DNA of 64,000 nt from an uncultured Desulfobacter sp. (GCA_963665095.1 OY762069.1:5408001-5472000), one strand, 5' to 3'; positions 45,031 to 55,374 are shown, counted from the first letter of the stretch. Made by a program: numbers and translations. The notes: generated by a model not told the origin, from the sequence alone.

Positions 45031-47820
45031 TTACAGAGGGTTTCGTCCTGTGTTCTGATTGTCGTGACAGGCTTTAGGCCAGGGGGTGTCGGCTAATCCC
45101 GGGCTGTCCGTCTGAATGGCGTAAATATATCCGCTGTAGGCTCCAACATAAAGTGTGCCGTCTGAATCTAAGGCCGGCGAATTGACTAAGTAATTTTCTC
45201 CCAGAGAATTCTTCCATTTCAGAGTGCCGTCGGTCCGGATCGCATGCAAATATCCATCTGTCAGTGCGACGTAGATAATGTCATCAGCAGCAAGTACCGG
45301 ATTCAGATCTGTCAGGTCCCATTCGGCAGTCAGAAAGTATGACCATTGCAAGGTACCGTTTTTGTCAAATGCATAAAGAAAGCCATCTTCACCTCCAATG
45401 TATAGCATATCATTCGTTCCTACAATGATGCTGCCGCACAACTGGGAATAGGGAGAGCCGGAGTATTCCCATTTGACTGAGCCATCGGGATTAAGCGCAC
45501 ACAACTGGCTGTCACTGGATAGATAAATCGTCCCTTCTTCCCCAATGGCATAGTTCGTGGCATAGTACGGTTCCATTTCATATTGCCACAAAATGGCGCC
45601 TTCCGGAGAAATAGCTATAAACCGGTCGCTTGTCACCACATAAAGTGTGCTGTTGGCGGCGATACCTGGTGCAACAGGGGCGGTGGACAGGTCGTTTATT
45701 TGCCACTTCAGCTGACCTTCCGGGGTTATTGCGGTAACAGAATCTCCCTGGCTTCTTAGGTAGACGGTCCCGTCTTCTGCCACCATTAACGCAAGCCCAT
45801 CAATGGGATATTGCCAATTGATATCTCCGTCGGCTTTGAACGAAACCAGCTGATAGTCGGGCCAGCCTTTAGATGCATAGAGGGTGTCATCCCTTGATAC
45901 GGTGATACGTCCTACCCAGTTGGATTTTCGCCACCTCACGGTGCCGTTTTTATTAATCGCGTATCCGTATCCGTCGGTTGAACTCAGGTATATTGCCCCG
46001 TCTTCTCCAATGGCAAGGCTCTTGCCATTGACCATGCCGGTGTTAACTTTCCATTTTAACTCCCCGTCTGCGGCTTGGGGCCGGGTTTCCAGGCAGATCT
46101 CCGGGCTGACATCGGAAATGTTTCCTGATTCGTCTACCGCACGAATACCGTAACAGTACCGGGTGGATGGCGAAAGCCCCGTATCGGTATATCCGCCGCT
46201 TCCTGATAATCCGATATACTCCCCGTTTCTGTATATCTGATACTCCGTTATCTGCCCGTCGGTGTACGCCGATGTATCCCAGGTTAATGATGTCATGGAC
46301 GGGGAGAGTACCGAGCCCTGGATATCTGATGGGGCGGAAGGTAAGTTGGAATCGCTCCCTGTGGTATTTTCATAATTACTGGTGTTGTATTGATCCTTAA
46401 AAATTTTGGGGCAACTGCTTGCTGCCAATCCTTGACTTTCGGAATCCAGCGCATAAAGACAATGGTCCAGGGAACCCACATAGATTGTTCCGTCACCGGC
46501 GATTGCCGGGGAGGAGCTATCTCCGCCTGTGTAAGTCTGCCACTTAATGGTGCCGTCTGTATTAAATGCCGTGAAATATCCGTCATGTTGCTGCAGATAG
46601 ATGATGCCGGTATCTCCGATGGCTGGAACCGAACTATCTGTATTATAACTATCGTCTTCGGCAAGATCGACCTTCCAGTTCACGGTCCCCTCCGGAGTGA
46701 TGGCATATAGATATTTGGGAGAAGAATATTCCCTGGATGTGGCATATACTGTCCCGTCACTTCCGGTCACAGGATTGTAGAAATAGGATGGCCTTTCGCC
46801 AAAAGCAGGCTTAACTGAAGCGATAGATGTATTGCTGGTTATATTTATGGACCAGTTGATTTCACCGTCGGAAGTGCAGGCGTAAAGAGCAAAATTGGCC
46901 CCCACATATATCTGGCCTGAACTGCCGATGGCAGGGGTGGCATCGTGGTAAGCATTAAAAGGAAGAGTCCATTTGACCGTACTGTCCTTTTGAACTGCAT
47001 AAATAGTGCTCCACGAGGCATAGATCACACCGTCGGGCCCGATGGCCGGTGGATAAAGGGAGGTTCCGTTGGAATCTTTTTTCCATTTCAATAAACCCTC
47101 CGGGCTGATGGCGTAAAATGAGCTGGTCCGGTCCCCCACATAGACAGTTCCGTCTTTTCCCACAGCCGGAGTGGAATATAAAGAGGCCATATAGTGCCAT
47201 TTAAGGGATCCGTCCGGGTTGATGGCATGGAGGTATTCGGTTGAGCCCAGATAGATTGTTCCATCCGGACTGACAGCAGGCGAACTGTGATTTATTACAG
47301 ACGCATTGGTGTTGAAAATCCATTGCAGCGTGCCGTCAGGGGAAAGGGCATAGAGACAGCCGTCCTGGGATGCCACATAGATGGTGCCGTCCTCTGAAAT
47401 AGCCGGCGCTCCGCTAATTACACCCTGGGTTTCATACTTCCACAAAATACTTCCCGGTATTTTGTCAATGCAAACGGCCGTGCTTTGAGAAGATTCGTTT
47501 CCCACACTGTCAACCGCAGAAACGGTATAACAATGGCTCCCGCTTTCAGTTAAGCCGGTGTCCGTATAGGCGGTTGTGGCAACTTCGGCAATAAAATTCC
47601 CGTCTCTGAATACCCGGTATCCCGTCACGCCGGTATCGTCCTGATTTTCCAGCCAGCTGATTTCCACGGATCCGGCACTGAACTGAATTGCGTCAAGAAT
47701 GGATGGCGTCGTCGGCGGTGTGTTTTCTGAATCATTTGGGGGATCATTGTCATTACACCCCACCATTGCCAGAATTATTAACAGCAGCACAACGTTTTTA
47801 AAAAAAATAATAAATCTCAT
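45031..47820 (-). CDS. Lipoprotein with two tandem [fibronectin-III + PQQ-like/BamB-type beta-propeller] modules
   Basis: Lipobox AMVGC; FN3 (V.GYRVFRDG...YTDTGL...Y.V.AVD..GN.S) twice; many SSPAI..DGTIY.GS...LYA.NPDG..KW blades. Confidence 0.85.
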   Translation of the reverse strand: MRFIIFFKNVVLLLIILAMVGCNDNDPPNDSENTPPTTPSILDAIQFSAGSVEISWLENQDDTGVTGYRVFRDGNFIAEVATTAYTDTGLTESGSHCYTVSAVDSVGNESSQSTAVCIDKIPGSILWKYETQGVISGAPAISEDGTIYVASQDGCLYALSPDGTLQWIFNTNASVINHSSPAVSPDGTIYLGSTEYLHAINPDGSLKWHYMASLYSTPAVGKDGTVYVGDRTSSFYAISPEGLLKWKKDSNGTSLYPPAIGPDGVIYASWSTIYAVQKDSTVKWTLPFNAYHDATPAIGSSGQIYVGANFALYACTSDGEINWSINITSNTSIASVKPAFGERPSYFYNPVTGSDGTVYATSREYSSPKYLYAITPEGTVNWKVDLAEDDSYNTDSSVPAIGDTGIIYLQQHDGYFTAFNTDGTIKWQTYTGGDSSSPAIAGDGTIYVGSLDHCLYALDSESQGLAASSCPKIFKDQYNTSNYENTTGSDSNLPSAPSDIQGSVLSPSMTSLTWDTSAYTDGQITEYQIYRNGEYIGLSGSGGYTDTGLSPSTRYCYGIRAVDESGNISDVSPEICLETRPQAADGELKWKVNTGMVNGKSLAIGEDGAIYLSSTDGYGYAINKNGTVRWRKSNWVGRITVSRDDTLYASKGWPDYQLVSFKADGDINWQYPIDGLALMVAEDGTVYLRSQGDSVTAITPEGQLKWQINDLSTAPVAPGIAANSTLYVVTSDRFIAISPEGAILWQYEMEPYYATNYAIGEEGTIYLSSDSQLCALNPDGSVKWEYSGSPYSQLCGSIIVGTNDMLYIGGEDGFLYAFDKNGTLQWSYFLTAEWDLTDLNPVLAADDIIYVALTDGYLHAIRTDGTLKWKNSLGENYLVNSPALDSDGTLYVGAYSGYIYAIQTDSPGLADTPWPKACHDNQNTGRNPL

Positions 47821-48088
47821 TGTTGCACCGTCCAGGCAAAAGAAAGAAATTTTATTTTCAAAGAAATATGAATAAACTTTATCAGGATGGTTGTATTATG
47901 TAAAGATAATTGAGTGATGATATAAAGAGCCGCAAGGTATTGCAGTCGGGGTAGCAGTGGGGTTTTGACGGCGGATGGCCGAAAGATCATGTCCCAGTTA
48001 GGTTTTCCTGTGTTTTTTGGTAGTCCCAGAGGTGTATGGGGCCATGGCCATAGCGCTGGCCCCGGTGAATAAGCGATAAGAGGGAACT

Positions 48089-49087
48089 CTATTTTAGTCC
48101 CATCAGCCGTTTTGTTACGTCTACAGGTGCGGAAACCTGTTTCTCTTTGACCATAATGCTTTCTGTCTGCTGCCAGGCCTTAACGTCGATGGTGCCGATC
48201 TTCACACCTGTTGCCGGTTTAACCAGGGGGCGGGTGGCATCCAGCTGTTTTTTGCGGATATCGTCCTTGGTGCCTTTGTCCTTTTTTTTAATCTCAGCCA
48301 GGACCCGGGCTTCATTGGCCGGGTCCATGGCAAACTCCCAGGCTGACAGCAACGCGGTCATAAAGGTCTTTACCGTGTCCGGGTGTTTTTTTATCATGGT
48401 GCCTGACGTCACCACAGAGTTGGCCACAAAAGAGACGCCGTAATCAGCCGGGTTAAAAAAACGGACCTGTTCACCTTCGGCACCCAGTTTGTCTTCCAGG
48501 ATCACTCCCTGGGAATTTCTGTATACCGGCCACACAGCCACCTCTTTTTTCAGGAAGGGGGTGAAATCAAACCTCACGCTTGAGATGCGGACATCCCCGT
48601 GTCCCAGTCCGGCTTTAGCCAGAAGCGTGTTCATGATGGTTTCATCATTCCCGCCAAAGGTAACCCCGATATGCCGGCCCTTTAAATCGGAAAGGGTGTT
48701 AATGCCCGGCTGGTCCGACCGGTAGATCCACTGCATGGGATTGACCTGGAACAGCTGGGCAAGGACGATGACATCCGCACCTTTTTCAAGGGCACGAATC
48801 ACCTGGTCTGCGGATGCCACGCCAAAATCCGCATATCCCAGTTCCAGTTCCTTGATGGCGTTTTTCCCGGCGCCGCCTTCATTGACAGAGACATCAAGCC
48901 CGGCCTTTTTGAAAAATCCTGCGGTGTCCGCAATAATATCCCCGGCCACAGAGGTGTTGAACAGCCATTTAAGACGGTAGTTCAGGGTGTCGCCGGCAAA
49001 GGCGGGAGCGGCATTAAAAAAGAACATCATAAACAGGTTTGCCAGGCCTATTCTGATCACGGTATTTATTTTTGTTTTTCCATTCAT
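48089..49087 (-). CDS. ABC substrate-binding protein, NMT1/THI5/SsuA-like
   Basis: RLKWL, GFFKKAGLDV, G.ADFGV, L.DLKG..IG; ATG 49087 overlaps the permease stop. Confidence 0.85.
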   Translation of the reverse strand: MNGKTKINTVIRIGLANLFMMFFFNAAPAFAGDTLNYRLKWLFNTSVAGDIIADTAGFFKKAGLDVSVNEGGAGKNAIKELELGYADFGVASADQVIRALEKGADVIVLAQLFQVNPMQWIYRSDQPGINTLSDLKGRHIGVTFGGNDETIMNTLLAKAGLGHGDVRISSVRFDFTPFLKKEVAVWPVYRNSQGVILEDKLGAEGEQVRFFNPADYGVSFVANSVVTSGTMIKKHPDTVKTFMTALLSAWEFAMDPANEARVLAEIKKKDKGTKDDIRKKQLDATRPLVKPATGVKIGTIDVKAWQQTESIMVKEKQVSAPVDVTKRLMGLK

Positions 49088-49851
49088 AAAAGATCGCCTC
49101 CTTTTGGTGCAGACCACTTGGTTTTCATCTGTTCGCCCACGGTTTCAAGGATCCCCTGGTACACCGAAATAACAATGCCAATGATGAACAGGGCTACCAG
49201 AATACAGGCCAGATCACTTTGGTACAGGGCAATGCGTATACTATAGCCGATGCCCTGATCGGCTGCAATAAATTCGGCCACAATGGTGCCGGCCATGGCC
49301 AGAGTGGCAGATCCGGAAATTACTGTGGTCAGCTTGTTTAAATTTTCAAAGGCCCGGATTTTGACCTCCAGCTGCCATCTCATCCGGCCTGTGGCAATAT
49401 AAAAATGTTCAATATCCTTAACCGGCGAGGCCATAATCCCCAGCACAGACAGCAGCAGGGGAAAGTAGCAGATCATGGATGCTATGAGCAGGCGGGACAG
49501 AAAGCCGTCCCCCAGAAGAATAAAAATGATCGGGGCCAGTGCCACAATGGGATAGGCCTGGATGTTGTAGGCCATCACCTTGATAAAGGAGCCGGCCCAG
49601 GAGGATTTGCGGCCCATGATGCCCACAAAAAAGGCCAGGAAAATGGAGATCATCTGGCCCAGCACGGTGACAGACAAGGTGTTCAGAACATCAAAAAAGT
49701 AACCGGACAGCATCCGGTTCGCAGTGTCAATGACCAGTGGCACTCCGGGAATGACATAATCAGACAGGCCTGCAGCATATTTGATGGTCAGAAGACCTGT
49801 AACGCCTATGAAGTATACGATGAGGAACTGGTAAATTCGTCTAAACAGCAT
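49084..49851 (-). CDS. ABC permease (SsuC/TauC-like)
   Basis: QAYPIVALAP, G.IVAEFIAA..GIGY; multiple TM. Confidence 0.85.
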   Translation of the reverse strand: MLFRRIYQFLIVYFIGVTGLLTIKYAAGLSDYVIPGVPLVIDTANRMLSGYFFDVLNTLSVTVLGQMISIFLAFFVGIMGRKSSWAGSFIKVMAYNIQAYPIVALAPIIFILLGDGFLSRLLIASMICYFPLLLSVLGIMASPVKDIEHFYIATGRMRWQLEVKIRAFENLNKLTTVISGSATLAMAGTIVAEFIAADQGIGYSIRIALYQSDLACILVALFIIGIVISVYQGILETVGEQMKTKWSAPKGGDLL

Positions 49852-50548
49852 TCATGATCTCCAGCATGGAGTGGTCAATGGCTTGGGGGTCTGCCCTGTA
49901 ACCTGTGCTGTAATCCCGGCCTTGAACGACAACGCCGCCACGGCCCTTTCCAGGATGGCTCAACACCAGAATATCCTTGCAGAACCGCGCCACTTCCATA
50001 AGATTGTGCGAAATATACAGGAACAGCTTGGCTGGAAAAATTTCCTTGATGGCCAGAATGATGGTTTCCCGTAACGCTTCATCCACATTGGCAAGGCTTT
50101 CATCCATAATCAGCAGATCAAAATCCTGGATCAGGTAGCGGACCAGATTCATCCGGTTTTGCTGCCCCATGGAAAGTTGGGAGAATCTTGAACCCAGAAG
50201 GGGCTCCACCTTGAATATCCGGATAAGCTCCTGTTTAAGTTCGGTTTTATTGGAGTGGCACACCTTGTCCAGGTGGCTGCCCGTACTTGACCAGCCCGGC
50301 AGACGTTCCAGATTGTATGAATATAAAATAGTAGAAATACCTTCATAGAACAGGGCGCTTTCTCCCGGCCCTTTACTGCCACCTGCAAGTATTCTTGCAA
50401 AAGAGGTTTTACCAACACCAGAAGGCCCGAAAACTGCATTAAATCCAGGTGCTGCCATGGAAAAGTTCAAGCTTTCCAGCACCGGTTTATCTGTCCCTGG
50501 ATATGTAAAAGTCAGGCCCTTGCACTCAAAACGCATATAAGTCTCCAA
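49841..50548 (-). CDS. ABC ATP-binding protein
   Basis: GPSGVGKT, LSMGQQNR, LLIMDE, ISHN. Confidence 0.85.
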   Translation of the reverse strand: METYMRFECKGLTFTYPGTDKPVLESLNFSMAAPGFNAVFGPSGVGKTSFARILAGGSKGPGESALFYEGISTILYSYNLERLPGWSSTGSHLDKVCHSNKTELKQELIRIFKVEPLLGSRFSQLSMGQQNRMNLVRYLIQDFDLLIMDESLANVDEALRETIILAIKEIFPAKLFLYISHNLMEVARFCKDILVLSHPGKGRGGVVVQGRDYSTGYRADPQAIDHSMLEIMNAV

Positions 50549-50743
50549 AGGATCATTAAACTGGATAACTGATACCGGGTATGGGGTTAAAAATCAACTT
50601 TAAACCGGAAAAATGGCGGATTGATGCGGTTTTCATTTCAGCGCTGCTGGTGTATAAAAATTTTTGACCGTGATTTGAACCAGGCTGGATTTTCCATTTA
50701 TGGATGAATATAGTGCGGAAAGGTATGAAGAAAAAATCATGTT

Positions 50744-51262
50744 ATGGATAAGTTATTAAAAAATTACAGAGAGCTGATTTCCAGGATAGATCAGCACATT
50801 GAACAGCTTGCCCGTGTTCACGGGGATAATATTTTCTGTAAAAAGGGCTGTGACGACTGTTGCCGGCATTTAGCCCTGTTCCCTGTGGAAGCCTTTAACC
50901 TGGCCCGGGCGTTTGGCGCTCTTGATGACCTGTCCAGGGAAAAGATAGAGAAACAGGCCCGGGAAAACAGCGGGATTTGTCCTTTTCTGCAGGCTCATAT
51001 CTGTATGGTGTATTCTGACCGGCCTGTGATCTGCCGTACCCACGGCTATCCTTTGTACATGGAAAAAGATGGTGAAGGCATGGTGGATTTCTGTCCAAAA
51101 AATTTTAAAGGGGCAACTGAATTCAGCCGGTCGGACATGCTGGACCTGGACCGGTTGAATACCCTTCTCTTTGCTGTCAATAACCATTTTGTCGCCTGTT
51201 TTGAAGAAGATTTTCCAGATAGGATATGGATGAAGCAGGCCCTGACTTTGAGTTTAGCCTGA
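50744..51262 (+). CDS. YkgJ-family cysteine-cluster protein
   Basis: CKKGCDDCC, CPFL....C.VY..RP.ICR. Confidence 0.85.
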   Translation: MDKLLKNYRELISRIDQHIEQLARVHGDNIFCKKGCDDCCRHLALFPVEAFNLARAFGALDDLSREKIEKQARENSGICPFLQAHICMVYSDRPVICRTHGYPLYMEKDGEGMVDFCPKNFKGATEFSRSDMLDLDRLNTLLFAVNNHFVACFEEDFPDRIWMKQALTLSLA

Positions 51263-52522
51263 AGGGATTGCTGTCAGCTGACTTGCCGGGACCAGCCGGA
51301 CCTGGTTTCTGGTTTTGGGCAGTTCCCGTTTCAGGGCCTCAAGGGTGGCCTTATGGGGGTGGCCGATGCCAATGGCCTGACCGTGGGTTTTGGCTGCTTT
51401 GACCAGTTTTTCCAGCTGGCCTGAAATATATTCAACATTCTGGAAATTATCCAGGAACACATCCCTGTGTGAGAACTTAAGCTGGAACATCCTGGCCGAC
51501 TGCTCGCCTTTGGATTCCGGGGAGGTCCTGGAATCAATAAAAAACAGGTCCTGCTTTTTTAATACCGTGAAGATCTGGTTCATCTTATCCGAGTCTGCCG
51601 TAAGCCGGGAACCCATGTGATTGTTCACGCCGACAGTTCCCGGAATAGCCTGAATATCCTTTCGCAGCTGGGCTAAGAGCTCGTCAGGTGACATGGCAGA
51701 CAAAAGGGCACCCGGCCCGGGATTAACCTTGGGATACTGGGTGGGCTCCATGGGCAGATGGAGCATGAGTTCAGCGCCTTTTGCAGACAGGCGGCGGGCT
51801 AATGCCGTACCGGCAGGGGAAAAGGGCAGAATGGAAAAGGTGATATTTTTATCAATGTTAAACAGGCCCATGGCCAGTTTTTTGTCATATCCGATATCAT
51901 CAATGATAATGGCCATCCGGGGGACATATTTGCCCTGTATTGGCGGTACAACCGGCTTGTTGGGCGGTGTGGTGTGGGTCACATCATCATAAACCTCATA
52001 TACAATGGCTGCCCCTTCACCCTGGACCGGGGTTTCTGCGATACTGGTTTTTCCTAAGTTACGGGGCTTTTCTTTAAGGCCTGCTGCTCTGGATTTGGTT
52101 AGCGGTAAAGCCTCGGGGTCTTTGGGGGCGGGTTTTCGAGGTTCTGGCGACATCGGCGGTTCCGGCTTTGGTGTTTCATTATGCCTGGTTGCGATGCTCT
52201 GTCCGGTGTTATGGTTGGTGCTGGGTACCGGCCTGACAGATTTAAGGAAAATATCTGCCAGCATGGCGCCAGTCAGACAGACTGCCACCAGGATAACAAC
52301 GCCGAGCATAATTTTTTTCAGTTCGAACACCAGGCCCTTGGCTTGTCCCGCAGCCTTTTTGCTTTCAGCCGTTGTTCTTGCTGACCTTGTTTTTGCCCCG
52401 CCGGTTTTTTTCTTTGGTTTGGCGGTTGTTGTCCCTGCAGCGGCACCGGCTGCCTTTTTGCGGGCCGGTGCCTTTTTGACTGAAGTTTTTTTAGGACCGC
52501 CGGTAGATTTAGTTGCAGCCAT
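51254..52522 (-). CDS. Divergent polysaccharide deacetylase (YibQ-like) with a Lys/Ala-rich N-tail and TM anchor
   Basis: AIIIDDIG, HLPMEP, NNHMGS, FFIDSRT, RDVFLD, AIGIGHP. Confidence 0.9.
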   Translation of the reverse strand: MAATKSTGGPKKTSVKKAPARKKAAGAAAGTTTAKPKKKTGGAKTRSARTTAESKKAAGQAKGLVFELKKIMLGVVILVAVCLTGAMLADIFLKSVRPVPSTNHNTGQSIATRHNETPKPEPPMSPEPRKPAPKDPEALPLTKSRAAGLKEKPRNLGKTSIAETPVQGEGAAIVYEVYDDVTHTTPPNKPVVPPIQGKYVPRMAIIIDDIGYDKKLAMGLFNIDKNITFSILPFSPAGTALARRLSAKGAELMLHLPMEPTQYPKVNPGPGALLSAMSPDELLAQLRKDIQAIPGTVGVNNHMGSRLTADSDKMNQIFTVLKKQDLFFIDSRTSPESKGEQSARMFQLKFSHRDVFLDNFQNVEYISGQLEKLVKAAKTHGQAIGIGHPHKATLEALKRELPKTRNQVRLVPASQLTAIPSG

Positions 52523-53873
52523 TTATTTTACTGAACACACCATAGCTGATGAGAATGTCAAGGGCGCGTTTTACCTGAATATCCTTATTGAGTTTTTCAA
52601 TTTCAACATCTTTGGGGGATTTCTGATCCTTTTCATCGGCCCCAGCCTCTCCCTCTTCCGGTGCTAGACGATTTTTCAGATCCTTCTCCTTAACCATAAG
52701 ATCAAAGGCGGAAAGTTCTTTTTTGGCTTCGGGCACCGTTCCAGGCGCCACCCGGATATCTGGCAGAATTCCCTTGGCCTGAATAGAGTGGCCGCAGGGC
52801 GTATAATACCGGGCAATGGTGTATTTAATACCGAATCCATCCTTCAGGGGGCGCACGGTCTGGACAGAGCCTTTGCCAAAGGAGGTCATGCCAAGAATCA
52901 ATGATCGGGAATTATCCTTGAGGGCACCTGCTACAATCTCGGAAGCCGAGGCTGAACCACCGTTGATTAAAGTCACGATGGGGTAGTTCCGTGCCGGAAT
53001 ATTGGGATGGGCGGAAAATTCCTGGTTGTTTCTGGCTGTCCGGCCCTTTATGGACACAATAATTCCCTTGTCCAGAAACAGGTCGGAAATCTTGATGGCC
53101 TGGTCCAGAAGCCCGCCCGGGTTATCTCGCAGGTCGATGATCAGTCCTTTAAGGCCGGCTCCCTCTTTTTCCAGGTCTGACAGATGTTTTTCCACGTCTT
53201 CCAGGGTGTTCATCCTGAAATTGGTGATTCTCAGATATCCGAAACCAGGACTGAGCATGGCGGAACGTACGCTGGTCATGGGGATCATGTCACGTTTGAG
53301 GGCGAATTCCAGCGGCGCTGATGCCCCTTCCCGGATAATGGTAATTTTGACTTCCTTAAAGCGGGGACCGCGCATTTTGTTGACTGCTTCCCACAAAGCC
53401 ATATCCTTGGTGGAGGCCCCATCAATTTTTACTATAATATCACCGGCGGTTATGCCGGCATCATAGGCGGGCGTGCCTTCTATGGGGGAGACAACAGTGA
53501 GAATTCCGTCCTTCATGGTAATGACAATGCCGATACCGGAAAACTCTCCCTTGGTATCATCCTGGAGTTCATCAAACGCATTGGGAGGCATAAAACTGGA
53601 ATGGGGATCCAGGTTGCCCACCATCCCTTTGATGGCATTATGAACCAGCTCCTCTGGTTTAACCTCGTCCACATAGTTTCTTTCCAGCTCCTCAAGAACG
53701 TCTGCAAACAGCTTTAAAGATTGATAGGTTTCTTCTTCGGCTGCTCGCACTGAACCCGCGGTCAACATCAGTGCCACCGCTGCTGCCATGACAAACCGGA
53801 CCAGATCGAACCGAATCAGATCGGACCAGGCCAAATTGAATCCGATCAATCCGGTTCCATTTTTAATTCTCAT
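52509..53873 (-). CDS. ctpA: S41 carboxyl-terminal processing protease
   Basis: LDPHS, PDZ GIGIVI, DLRDNPGG, SASASEI, FGKGSVQ. Confidence 0.92.
   Translation of the reverse strand: MRIKNGTGLIGFNLAWSDLIRFDLVRFVMAAAVALMLTAGSVRAAEEETYQSLKLFADVLEELERNYVDEVKPEELVHNAIKGMVGNLDPHSSFMPPNAFDELQDDTKGEFSGIGIVITMKDGILTVVSPIEGTPAYDAGITAGDIIVKIDGASTKDMALWEAVNKMRGPRFKEVKITIIREGASAPLEFALKRDMIPMTSVRSAMLSPGFGYLRITNFRMNTLEDVEKHLSDLEKEGAGLKGLIIDLRDNPGGLLDQAIKISDLFLDKGIIVSIKGRTARNNQEFSAHPNIPARNYPIVTLINGGSASASEIVAGALKDNSRSLILGMTSFGKGSVQTVRPLKDGFGIKYTIARYYTPCGHSIQAKGILPDIRVAPGTVPEAKKELSAFDLMVKEKDLKNRLAPEEGEAGADEKDQKSPKDVEIEKLNKDIQVKRALDILISYGVFSKINGCN
53794..53848. repeat. Degenerate pentamer tandem array (about 11 x RAYCR) within the ctpA 5' end
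   Basis: aaccg gacca gatcg aaccg aatca gatcg gacca ggcca aattg aatcc gatca. Confidence 0.6.
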
Positions 53874-53877
53874 GCAA

Positions 53878-55374
53878 TCATGCTCCTTTTTTCAGCCATT
53901 TGAGAGGATTGAGGGGTTTTCCGTGATGGCGGACCTCAAAATGAAGGCACGGCCCCTTGATGGAGCCGGTATCCCCTGCCGTGCCAATAACTTCTCCTGC
54001 CTCCACCAAATCGCCCTTTTTTTTGAAAAATTCTTCCACATGGGCATACACTGTATGGTAGCTGTCTCCATGGTCGATGATCAAAAGGTTTCCGTAACCC
54101 TTCAGCCATTGGGCAAACATGACCACGCCCTTGAAAACGCTTTTAACGGGCATGCCCCGTTCCGCCTTTATATCAATTCCGTTTTGAAAAGTGAAGGCGT
54201 TGTATTCCCCTTTGCGTGTAGTGCCGAAACGGGAGGTGATCTCCCCCTGAACAGGGACATCAAGTCGTCCTTTCTGTCTGATGAAGGAGGTGTCCGTCAA
54301 GGCCGGGGGCGCAATGGCGGCAATGGTCTGATCCAGTGCCCTGGCTGACGCCTCCAGGGAGTCCACGGCTGCCAGGGCCAGTTTTTTTCGGTGTCTGATG
54401 TCTTTCAGGATCTGTTCTTTTTTGGCTGCTTCCTTTTTCCGGATCAGGACCTGGGTTGCCATCTCTTCCTTAAGCTCGGTTTTAAGCTTGACCTGGCGGG
54501 TCAGTTCCTTTTCAAGGCGGGCCATCTCCGCCATGTTCCGGGCCTGTTCATCCAGCAGGGAATAATCTGATGCCACCACCTTTTTTAAAGCATTCTGGGT
54601 GACGACAAAATCAAATAGGGAAGAAGGCGGGGCGGCCATTTCAAGGCTGCCCATCCGGTGCATGCGGAAAAGTGCGTTTAACCGCTGTTCCGCATAGTTC
54701 CGGATCTCTTTCATGTTTGCTTTTAACTCGGCCATGGACGCCTGGGTCTGTTCAATTTCTGAGGCAATGGCCACAGTGTCCCGGCGCAGGGTCTGCACCG
54801 CCATCCGGGCCTGGTTCAGGGCCATATCGATTTCATTGAGCCCGTCCAGAACCTGCATCTCCTGCCGGGAAAACTGTTTGACCTTCTCGGTCTCCTGTTG
54901 AATTTGTTTTTCAAGGGCCTTTTGTCTGGCCGGATCGGCCTTGATGTGTTTTTCCTGTCTGGGACTCTTTTGTGTCTCCGGTCCGTTCGACACCTTTGTT
55001 TTCGGCGTATTCATTGTCGAACCGGCATCCTGCTTCCCGAAAGTGTCTGAAGAGACCGGCTTAAGCAGGATATATCTGGTGCGGTTTCTGATATACCCTT
55101 TCAGGCCCTGGTATTCCACTGTCAGCCAGCCGCCCTCTCCACCTTCCATTTCCAGTACATCAACACTCTCCCCTTTATTCAGAACCACAACCACATGGGC
55201 GGTCGTGTCCGGAGATGAACGGATATTGAGTTTAGCGGTGTTGATTTTCCCTTTGTAAATCACTCTGGCCACTGCATTATCCATCAGGGAAAAGAGGCAT
55301 GCGGCTGCCAGGCAGGTGATGAAAATCTGCCTTATTTTAATATTTGTTTCAGCGAGAGGAAACATCCGAACCAA
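53878..55374 (-). CDS. envC: EnvC-like murein hydrolase activator (SH3b, coiled coil, degenerate M23/LytM)
   Basis: SH3b LNIRSSP..W..V.Y...KGYI; Zn ligands degenerate (QNGID, CLHFE); follows ftsX. Confidence 0.8.
   Translation of the reverse strand: MVRMFPLAETNIKIRQIFITCLAAACLFSLMDNAVARVIYKGKINTAKLNIRSSPDTTAHVVVVLNKGESVDVLEMEGGEGGWLTVEYQGLKGYIRNRTRYILLKPVSSDTFGKQDAGSTMNTPKTKVSNGPETQKSPRQEKHIKADPARQKALEKQIQQETEKVKQFSRQEMQVLDGLNEIDMALNQARMAVQTLRRDTVAIASEIEQTQASMAELKANMKEIRNYAEQRLNALFRMHRMGSLEMAAPPSSLFDFVVTQNALKKVVASDYSLLDEQARNMAEMARLEKELTRQVKLKTELKEEMATQVLIRKKEAAKKEQILKDIRHRKKLALAAVDSLEASARALDQTIAAIAPPALTDTSFIRQKGRLDVPVQGEITSRFGTTRKGEYNAFTFQNGIDIKAERGMPVKSVFKGVVMFAQWLKGYGNLLIIDHGDSYHTVYAHVEEFFKKKGDLVEAGEVIGTAGDTGSIKGPCLHFEVRHHGKPLNPLKWLKKGA

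Noticed and set aside
45031..47820. PQQ-dependent dehydrogenase call, or CRISPR-like periodicity
   Set aside because: The repeats are degenerate protein-level propeller blades inside one ORF; there are no identical DNA repeats with spacers and no dehydrogenase catalytic features recognised
50549..50743. TPP riboswitch upstream of the NMT1/THI5-like ABC operon
   Set aside because: No CTGAGA / ACCTGA core motifs visible on the minus strand
53878..54250. Active M23 endopeptidase
   Set aside because: The Zn-ligand motifs HxxxD and HxH are degenerate, as expected for EnvC-type activators
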